Below, piece by piece: positions 8,365-17,900 of a DNA stretch of 32,000 nt; position 1 is the first letter of the stretch; each line of letters starts with the position of its first letter. Origin of the DNA: Candidatus Electronema halotolerans (GTDB taxonomy: Bacteria > Desulfobacterota > Desulfobulbia > Desulfobulbales > Desulfobulbaceae); NCBI GenBank assembly GCA_942493095.1, contig OW818675.1, positions 1,500,001-1,532,000 on the forward strand, given 5' to 3'. Made by a program: the position numbers and the translations under genes. The notes under the pieces were generated by a model. That model had not been told where the DNA came from. It saw only the letters and a program-made list of their open reading frames with translations, and searched no databases.

Positions 8365-8535
8365 TTAAGGATCAGAATTGACAGCAACTAAGTTGCGAAT
8401 TTCACATGTGTTATCATTATCATAACACATCGACAGCACTCGATCTGCAAACAAACTTACTTTACCTAACTGCGGCTTTTCATACACCTGCTTGGCAGCT
8501 TTCTGCGTCTGTTTTTCCTGAATATCCTGCTGCAT
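8365..8535 (-). CDS. Small ORF A1, 56 aa: candidate RiPP precursor peptide (not in the ORF track)
   Basis: Hand translation gives MQQDIQEKQTQKAAKQVYEKPQLGKVSLFADRVLSMCYDNDNTCEIRNLVAVNSDP, with stop TAA at 8367..8365. An RBS AAGGGGGGA lies upstream. The ORF starts 21 nt after the PqqD stop and ends 25 nt before the rSAM start. It is paralogous to A2 in the leader-like block and divergent in the C-terminal, core-like part. Confidence 0.7.
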   Translation of the reverse strand: MQQDIQEKQTQKAAKQVYEKPQLGKVSLFADRVLSMCYDNDNTCEIRNLVAVNSDP

Positions 8536-8556
8536 GGCCCGCGTCCCCCCTTTGTT

Positions 8557-8856
8557 TTAATTGACTGCCGCCACTATCAGCCCTGCTTCCGCCAGTCCAT
8601 CAGCAATCTCCAGCATGTCCGCCTCAATCACTGCTGCCGGGGCATCGTACTGCTGCTCCAGCATGGAGCCGATTGCCGCCAGTGAGCGGCTGCCGTCCAA
8701 GGCCTGCCAGATGAAGGCCCCGGTCTCATTGAGCGTGTAGAGGTTATCCATTGAGGCCAGTTCGCCGGAAATCGGCACCAGCAGGGTTTCATCCATCACC
8801 TTGCGGGTGACTATGTTCTCGGCCTGCCGGAAGACATCAGACAACTGCGCACTCAT
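8557..8856 (-). CDS. PqqD-family peptide chaperone (RiPP recognition element)
   Basis: 99 aa counted from the ATG at 8856, which has a GAGG RBS 9 nt upstream. The track ORF begins at a TTG at 8922 that overlaps the giant gene stop. The sequence MSAQLSDVFRQAENIVTRKVMDETLLVPISGELASMDNLYTLNETGAFIWQALDGSRSLAAIGSMLEQQYDAPAAVIEADMLEIADGLAEAGLI has the typical PqqD length and pattern (..y.LN.tga.iW..ldG..s...i...l...y.......e.D...f...L...gli). Confidence 0.85.
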   Translation of the reverse strand: MSAQLSDVFRQAENIVTRKVMDETLLVPISGELASMDNLYTLNETGAFIWQALDGSRSLAAIGSMLEQQYDAPAAVIEADMLEIADGLAEAGLIVAAVN

Positions 8857-8884
8857 GTTCTCGCACCTCATGCTCTTTGAATCG

Positions 8885-8908
8885 CCCCGGACACGTTCGC
8901 ATCCGGGG
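8885..8908 (-). other. GC-rich stem-loop between the giant gene stop and the PqqD start
   Basis: CCCCGGA (8885..8891) pairs with TCCGGGG (8902..8908) around a 10-nt loop. No U-tract follows on the minus strand, so it is not a canonical intrinsic terminator. It may be an mRNA processing or stability element, or a partial attenuator. Confidence 0.3.
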
Positions 8909-8918
8909 TGAGAATCGC

Positions 8919-11900
8919 TCAATGTTCTGCCGGAACTGGCACCAAGGCTGCCGGATCGCCGAGCAGGTTGTAGATGTCCAGCGTATATGGCATTGCCCCT
9001 TGCTCTGCATACTGCTGCTTGGCCCGCAGCACGGCATCGCCGATCCTGCCAACTGCCGGATCGCTCAGGCTACTATAGAACCCGTCTGCCATTATATCCG
9101 CAAGATAGTTGTATGACAAGCCTGTTGCGCCAAAAAATCCAACCGCAGCTCCATTTTCTTTCAGCACCGCGCTTTCACCGATGCTGTTCATGGGAGGATA
9201 GCCAAAGCTGGCGGACGAACAGCTCATGCTGACCATCAGCATGGGCTGGCTGAGATCGTTCATTGCTGCAATTTCATCAGCAGTCAGCAGCTTGCCGGTC
9301 CGTCCATATTTGATCAAAGAGCTGTGGCCAATGTAGTGCAGGATGCCGCCGCCCTGCTGGAATGCGTTGACCACTTTGCTGTTTGTTCCGCTCTCGCCAA
9401 GCGTGTCAACGGCAATCTGCTCCACTGTGAGGCCGTTTGGCACCAGCGCAGCCACCTTGTCAGCACTGGCTTGGAAATTGCCTGCGGCTGGGTCGGATTT
9501 ATCGACAACTATCGACAATGCGCCGCCCTGCCCTGCTGTCTGCTCATAAGCAATCAGCTTGTCAGTATAGGCAGAAAACTCCTCATTGTCGATCACTGGA
9601 ATTCGGCCAATGGCAAATTCCGGCACTTTATCATCACCGACCACATCCGCCAGCGCATTGTCGCTGGGGAAATACCCCTCCGGCGTGGCGGTCAGCACAG
9701 TTGGCACCAGCGGCCAGCCTGCGCCGAGATAGTTTTTATAGTCATAGGAGCCATCGCCAACCAGAACCACATAGTGCGGCACCTTGGCCCAGTTTTCATG
9801 AACGTAGGCGAGGAAGTCGCGCACTGCCTCCGGCGCGGCCAGACTGTCGCTGAACTCATCCTGCACATCGTCAATATCAACGACCATTGTCTCCAGTCCC
9901 TGTGTCTCGCGGTATTCTGCCAATCGCCGGGCCTCGTCCATCAAATGCAGCGGGCTTATGAGCAGATAATCAGCTCTGTTGCGCGCATCATGCAGGCTTG
10001 ACGGCGTGTCAGCGGTCAGTTCGCCGGACACAGTTGCCGTGATGTTTTCGGTGAGGAAATAGCGGTGCTCGGCTTGGACTGGCACTGTGACCGTGTATGC
10101 GCCCTCCCCTTCCTCTTCGACAGTCGGATAAATGCGCACCGGTTCATTCGGGTCAGTGATGTCCAAAGCCAAGACGGTGCGGGAGCTGAAGCCTGCCACA
10201 GTCATGCTGCTGTCCTCGCTGCTGGAGAAGGTCAGTTCGCCGTTCACGGCCTGAGCCAGCCGCTGATATTCGAGATCAATCGAGTCAAGATAAATCAGCG
10301 AATAGTTCACGCCGCTGTTCAGGGCAGAGACAATTTTCAGCTCATTGCCGCTGTCTTTAAGCAAATCTGCAGAGACTTCCTCGCTGATCTGCCAGTCACC
10401 GGTTTCACTGCTTTCTGCTGTGCCAAGCTCGGTGCCATTCAAAGAAAGGGAGACTTTGTATGGCGCAGTCTGACTGCTGGAGCTGCTGGAGATATTGACC
10501 AGATTGACTGTGACACGGGCCGTGCCTTCACCAGTCAGATCAGGTGCGGACACTGGATGAGCAACAGAAGCATTACCCTTCTTGGATGCCATCAGATATT
10601 CCCATGCCCAGAAATCATGCACCGGCTTGTTGATGTACAGATGGAACGGCATGTGATTTTCTTCCGTTCTCACCTGCGCGGTGAAGGATTGCAAATTATC
10701 CGCCTTCTTCTCAGCCCGTTTGTGGCTGTTCTTTATCTCAGCTCCTTTTGTCTTGCCCAGATCAAGGAGATAGATGTTCTGGCCAATGTCGTTCCGCTCC
10801 GGCGCATACCCATAGAACCAGAGGGCCGAGCCAACTGCTGAGGAGAGCACTGAGACAGGCTCGCCTGCCAAGGTCAGAGACAGCTTGCCGTTCTTCAGAT
10901 GCCGTGTGACCTCAGCTTTGCGCAGACCGGAAGCTGCTGCCAGCTCGTCGGCAGTCAGATAGACCAGCCCATCCTTGCTGACCGGCACTTTGACCGTGTC
11001 GCCGGTTTTACGTTTTTTCTCCGCTGCCAAACTGCGGGCCGCTTGTTTATGGGCGGCAAAGCGGCTGATCTGTTTGGCGGAGAAATCAGCCTGCGCCAAG
11101 GTGAAGCCAGCCGGGCCGTCAGCGAACATCTGCCGGTTGATTGGTAGAGGCTGTTTCGGCGTGACCGTGTAAGGCCCGTTGACCATGCCGTCACCGTTGA
11201 CTGTCACTTCCTGCACACGATAAACGTGCTGCTGATTCGGCTTTGCTGACGGATCAACAAAGCGGTAGCTTCCGCCCTGCGGCGGCAGGAGCATTCCCGG
11301 CAGCAGCTCAGAAACCGTCTCAAACGCGCCGGTCTGCTCGTTCAGCCGTTCGAGCAGAAAGCCGATGGTGCCAACTTCGCTGTCGGTTTTCCACTCCAGC
11401 ACGGTCTGGTTGTCATCGTTGATGTATGCCTTGAACGAGCTGATCAGGGCGTAGGTTGGAACTAGTGGAGCCAAACCGAAATTTTTTCCAGCGATACTGG
11501 AGCCACTGGAAACTTCGGCTGAAAGAACCGGAATATCAGGTGTGGTCAGAGACAAGCCGTCTAAGGCGCTACCGCTGATTTCAACCAGATACTTGCCGTC
11601 AGGCAGATTGGTGAAAAAATAGTTGCTGTCAGAGGCACTGCTGGTTGTTGCAGTCTGCAAAAACTGATCGCTGCTGTCGAGCTTGCCGTCACCGTTCTGA
11701 TCAAGATAGAGAGTGACAGTCACACCTGCTATTGGACTTTCGTCAGCATCTATATCCTTACCTTTATCATCATCGCTCCATACCAAGCCGCTGATCAAAC
11801 CGCTGCCAGTCTTAGTTTTGAAACCGAAGTCAATATTGCTGACTGAGGTGGCTCCCAGCGTGACTGCTGTCGGGCTTGGTGTAGTTGTAGCTGTGAAACT

Positions 11901-14900
11901 ATTCAGCTCACCGTTGCTGTTAGGCAGTTTGACGACGTACTTGCCCGCAGACAGACCGCTGAAGTTGTAGAGACCGTCCGAGTCGGTGGTTTCTGTTCTG
12001 ATCGGTGACGAACCGCTGTCAATGTTGCCGTCTCCGTCGCTGTCTAAATACAGTTCCACTTCCACGCCGCTCATGCCCGGCTCGCCATCATCTTGAATGC
12101 CGTCGTCGTTCAAATCCAGCCAGACCCGGTCGCCGATGCTCAGGCTTTTGGGTGGTTGATAGCCGAAGTCAGCATTGTCAACATCACCGGTCAAATTTAT
12201 GGCAAAGGTGTTGCTGCCTGAAGTTGCAGTTCTGCCGTCCAAAATGCCGCTGCGGTCTGTCACCCGCACTTCGTAGTTTGCGCCGCCTTGGGCCACGTTG
12301 AATAAATATGCGCCATTCGTGCCGGTGGTAGTGGTGGCGACAGGAATGTCGTTCCGATACAGATCAACTGTCACTCCGGCAATGCCAGCCTCGCCTGCGT
12401 TCTGCGTCTTGTCACCATTACTGTCTTCCCAGATCAGATCGCCAATGGTGTAGCCGGTGCCACTGGTCAGCTTGAGACCGAAATCGGCAGAGAGAACATC
12501 AATTCCGTCAGGAACGGTTACGTCTTTGCTTGTTGGACCGCCATTGCTGACCTCCATGTCGGTCGGCAGTGTAACTGCAACAGTATAATCACCTGCATCA
12601 ACCGGTGCCAGATAATGACCTGCGGCATCAGTGGTAACTGTTATCGGAGTACCGCCGCCTGATGGCGTGATGGTTACTGTCACGCCATCAAGACCCGCTT
12701 CACCTGGATCCTGCACACCATTGTTATTGGCATCAAACCAGACCGTGTCGCCGATCAGCGGCTTTTCGCCAACGTAACCGAAATCAAGGTTGTCAATGAC
12801 CTGACCGGCTGTGACAGTGATCATGCCGCCGCCTGCGCTGGCAGTTTTATCAGAGTCAAGAGTATCATCAACACCACTTTTGTCAGCTTCAGCAGCAGTC
12901 AAATTGGTTGGCGTGACCACATCCACCCAATAGTTGCCCGGAGGCAACCCGGCAAAGGAGTAATTGCCGTTGCCGTCGGTGACAACAGTTGCTACCAGCG
13001 TATCTCCAGTGCTGCTGAAACCGCTGACTCCATCATCACGGTAGATATTAACCGTCACGCCGCTCAGGCCGGGTTCGTTCAGGCTTTGAATGCCGTCCCG
13101 ATTCACATCTAACCAGACGCGGTCGCCGATGGTTGCGCCGCCGACGAAGCCGAAGTCGCGGGTTGTGTCAGTTTCACCTTTGACCAGACCAGTGACAATC
13201 TCACCTGCGGGATCATCAGCCTTGTTGTCACCAGCTTCTGTGGCTGGGTCAGCACCATCATTTGCTCCGTCTGTCGCTGGTGTATGCGTCGAAACCATGC
13301 CATCTATGCCGGGAACGGTGATGTTGAAGGTCGGCCCGTTGGTGCCGTCAGCACTGCTGTAATCTTCATCCAGCATGACGTTGTCGAAGCGGTAATTGCC
13401 GTCCGCATCTGTCATGGTGGTCATGGTCACTGTTCCGCTGCTGTTCGGATATGTGATGGTCAGCACCACCGGATAATGCGCCAGCTTCGTTTCGCCGCTG
13501 TCTAACGTGCCGTTGTTGTTGACATCGCTCCAGAGGGTGCCGCCAAAGGTCGTGCTGTCCTTGTAGTAGCCGAAATCAGCCGTGTTATTATTTGGCTGGC
13601 TGCCGCCGACAGTGACGCTGTAGCCGCCGCTTATTTGGCTGTTGTTGTCATCGCCCGGATTGGAGCCAACAGAATGCCACCAGCCGGTGAGCTGGCCAGC
13701 TTCATCTGTCACTTCAACGGTGTAGGTGCCGTCCGGCAGATTTTTGAATATATAGCTACCGACCGGTTCAGCAGCACCATCACCGTCAAGATCGGCGGGG
13801 GTACTGATAGTTGTTGTCGAAGCAATAATATTGCCGGTTGTTTTGTCACGCAGAACAACTGTGCTCCCGGCGATGCCTTTTCCGGTTTCATTCAGCGTTC
13901 CGTCCGCATTGACATCATTCCAAATGGTGCCGGAAACGGTGTTAGCACCTGTGTATCCGAAGTTCTGGGTCAGATTTGGCTGCACTGCGCCGCTGCCATC
14001 AGCAGTCAGCGTGACAACGGATTTGCTGTCGCCGTCGCCGTTCGGATCAACAGTATTGGTCAGACCGTCGCCGCTATTGGGCAGCGAGGTTGTCTTAACC
14101 CGCACTTCATAATTGCCCGCAGGCAGATTGCCGAACTGATACTGGCCGTTCTCGTCGGTCTGGGTGACAGCTACCAGTGCGCCATCTTGATACAGACTGA
14201 CGGCAACACCTTCCAAACCTTCGCCCGGATTGTAATCGCCGCTGTTATCACGATCCAAGAAGATCGTGCTGCCGATCATGCCTTTGCCAGCCGTTTGTCC
14301 TTTCGGCGTGTAGCCAAAGTTCACGTTGGTCACTGCGCCCGATACATTTACAGCAGTTTCGTTATTCAACGTGCTGTCAGGATCGCCGCTCTGCACAACC
14401 TCGCCAAGGACGTTCTGCGTGTCGGTGACAACGACTTTGTAACCGCTGCCGGTTGGCACGCCGCTGAAGTTATATTTGCCATCTTTGTCTGTGACAGTAG
14501 TAGCGATGATCTTGCCGGAAGCATCTTTCAACACCACGGTCACGCCGGGGATGCCAGTGTCGCCGCCGTTCAGGACGTTGTCGCCAGGGTCGCCGCAGAC
14601 AGTGTTTCCGCCCGCCAAGGCGCAGGCATCGGCATTGACATCACGATACACCGTGCCGGTGACGCTGCCGCTGCTGGCTGGTTTGTAGCCGAAATCGCCT
14701 TGCAGATAGACATCGCCCGGTGCAAGAATGATGGGCGAGGTTGTCTTGTTGTCGCCTGAAATAGCGGTAACACCCGGTTGATCAGGATCGCCGGTCTGGG
14801 TGGTTTCTGCCGGAGGAGTGACCTCAACGACATAGCTGCCTGCGCTGACGTTTGTGAAGATGTAATTGCCTGCGCTGTCAGTGGTGGTCGTTGTTGGGGT

Positions 14901-17900
14901 GTTGTCGCCAGCACCGCCATACACACCATCGCCGTTGTCGTCAGTGAGCAACTTGACAGTCACGCCGCTGAGGCCCGGCTCGCCGGGATTCTGCACGCCG
15001 TCACCGTTCGCATCGCTCCAGATGCGGTTGCCAATGGCACCGGTGTCTCCAGCTCCGGGACTCGTTGTGACTGTCGGAGCAACCCAGTTGTAGCCAAAAT
15101 CAGCGGTCATGTACTCTTCGCCACCGCTGACGGTGACACTCGCTGTGTTGTCAGCACCTCCGTCCTCATCGTATGTGGGATTGGCCGCCAAGCCCGCAGG
15201 CAGGGTGGAGGTGTCCACTTTGACGGAATAGGTACCTGCCGGAACATCTTTGAGCAGATAGTTGCCGTTACTGTCAGTCACAGCCTGTGTGTCTCCGGCA
15301 GAGTATCCCAGAGTGTCGTCATCATCAATATATACAGTCACTCCGGCAATACCATCCTCACCCGCATCCTGTTTGCCATCTCCGTTCTCATCTAACCATA
15401 CACGGTCGCCGATGGCGCTTTTGGCTGCCGGCAGCGGGAATTGAATATCTTCAACCTCGCCGTTTGTGGCTGTGCCTTTGTAGGCCAGCTCCGGCACTGC
15501 CGGTTTTTCCGGGAAGAGGCGGAAGCGGGCATAGCCTTGGGAAACATCGAAGGTGCCGTCAGGAATGTCGAACTTGACGGTTGAATTGCCGGTTGTCACA
15601 GCTTGGCTGATGATCATTTCGCCTGCGCCGCTGAAGGTGCCGTCACCGTCAAAGTCAAACCATGCGACTAACCAGCCGCTGCCGGTGACATTTACCGTGA
15701 CGCTGCCGCCGTCGCCGTCCACGACCGCTCCTTCTGTCCATGTGCCAACTGCGGTGATACCGTCGTTGCTGTCTAACTCTGCATTTGCAGAAGGCTGGCC
15801 GTTGTTTTCAGTGTCAGGTTTGTCTCCGATGTACAAATTAATGTCATCTGAGTTTGCCGGGACAATGTGACGCGGGCCGTTGTCTTCGGCAAGAGTGCTG
15901 TATGATGCAGGCGCATCGCCGTAGTCGTAATTGACTGTGGATTTATAGGCGAAATCGTAGCCGGTGTTTGTGGTTTCAGCACCATTCTTGATATCGGTCT
16001 TATCTGCCTGATATGCGCCGATACTCGTCACCACCAGACTGTCCGCAGGAACAACACCGTCGGTTGTGGTCAATTGGAGATAATCGCCCGGTGTGCTGGT
16101 GCTGATCACATAGCCTTCATTTGCACCCAGCTCAGGCAGTTTGTCAAAGCTGTAGTCGCCATTGCTGTTGGTCGTTGTGCTTTGCAGCAGCGCGGTTTCG
16201 CCGGAATCCACAACGCCGTCGTTGTCCGCATCAATCCACTTGTAGATATAGACCGGCACGCCGCTGAAGGCGGTTTCGCCAGTTGTCACGCCGCTGTCCT
16301 GTCCGCTGGCACCGCACACGCCATCGCCGCCGGTGGACGGCTCTTGACAGATGGTGCCGCTCAAGCTGTTATTCAGATTGGCGTACTGATAGCCGAAGTC
16401 AATATCAGTTATGATATTGCTTGCGGCAGTGATGGTAACGGTGGTTTGATTATCACCGCCGCCGTCTTTATCATAGATTAGCTGCAAACCGGAAGACGGG
16501 CTGCCGGGCACAGCTACTGTGTATGTTGCATTAGACAAATTCGCGAACGAATACTGACCATTGCTGTCAGTCACCGCCGTGTCGATTGTAGCTCCGCCTG
16601 AATTCTTCAACGTGACTGTCACGCCTGCCAGCGGTGGCTCGCCGGGGTCAAACTGGCCGTCGCCGTCAGTGTCAATCCAGAGCTGATCGCCGATCACGCC
16701 GGAAGGCTGATAGCCGAAGTCCGCGCCCATAAAGCTGGTGCCGTAAAGCACATTCACTGCCTTCTGACCGTCGCAGACCGTGCCGGTTCCTGCTGCGGGG
16801 CAGACCGCGCCGTCCGCATCAGGGTCAGCGGTCAGGGCAGGATTGCCGGGGGGGGAGCTGACTACAACCACATAATTATCTGGCGGCAGATTGCTGAACA
16901 GGTAGCGGCCATCTGCATCTGTGGTGTCCGTGGCATATTCAGTGTCACCAGCATCATAGATACCATTTCCGTTGACATCTTTATACAACGTAACTGTAAC
17001 GCCGGAGATGCCCTCTTCGCTCAGGTCATAATCGCCGTTGCCGTTGGCATCCCAGTAAATGGTGTCGCCGATTGCGCCGTAGGCGGCAAAGCCAAAGTCC
17101 TTGTCCAAGGCTTTCTCGCCGACTGCCAAGGCGACATCATAGCTGGTATTAGTGGTTTCGGTGTACGGGTTGCCAAAGGCATCTGTAGGCAAGTCTGGAT
17201 CAGTATCGCTGACAACAACTCGGTAGTTTCCTTCCGGCAGATTGTTGAACAGATAGGAGCCGGGCGGGTCAAGGATGTTGTCGCCGTCAAGGTCAACCGT
17301 GCCGTCTGAAGTGACCGTTGTTTGCAGGGTAACATAATTACCGTCGCCGTTCGGGTCCCATTCCAGCGTAACCGTCACGCCGGGGATGCCGGTCTCTTGG
17401 CCGCCGTCCTGCACGCCGTCGCCGTCAATGTCTTTCCAGACAAAGTTGCCGATGCTGCCGGTACCTTTGGGCTGGTAGCCGAAGTCAACATTGAGATAGG
17501 AGCTGGTGCCGTCAACACTGACCTTGCCTAATGCGTTGCAAGTCACGCAGGTGCCGGTTTCATCCGGGTCGCCGGTCTGGCTGACTGTGCCGGTCAGGTC
17601 AGATTCATCGACTTTGACAATGTAATTACCTGCGGGCAGGTTGGAAAAGAGATATTTGCCGTTTGTGTCAGTGTCAACGGTCGCAACCAGCGCGTCTGTG
17701 AGCGGATCAACAACACCGTCGCCATTGCTGTCCTCGTAAAGATTGACCGTGATGCTGGGAATGCCTTCATCAGTGGCATCTTGGATGCCGTCCCCATCGA
17801 AATCATAGAAAATGGTGTCGCCAATGCTGGAACCGCCCGCCTGATGGAAGCCAAAATCATGCGAACCAGTGATGACACCTGCGCCAATATTGTTGATCTG

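Noticed and set aside
8400-8432. GATAATGATAAC inside the A1 core-coding region as a second Fur box.
   Set aside because: Only the first two hexamers match. The remaining third diverges, giving about 13 of 19 matches. The site lies inside a coding region and is explained by the hairpin and the peptide sequence.
5587-8856. The cluster interpreted as a lasso peptide cluster.
   Set aside because: A PqqD protein, an HprK-like kinase and a YxxPxL leader motif are present. However, no asparagine-synthetase-like lasso cyclase and no transglutaminase-like B2 protease are encoded. The putative cores also lack the Gly/Ala/Ser/Cys1 and Asp/Glu7-9 ring-forming arrangement after a Thr at -2.
8857-8922. 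The TTG-initiated extension of the PqqD ORF, overlapping the giant gene stop.
   Set aside because: The extra 22 residues (SDSHPGCERVRGDSKSMRCEN) are not part of the PqqD fold. The internal ATG at 8856 has a proper GAGG RBS and gives the canonical length of about 95-100 aa. A TTG start cannot be fully excluded.
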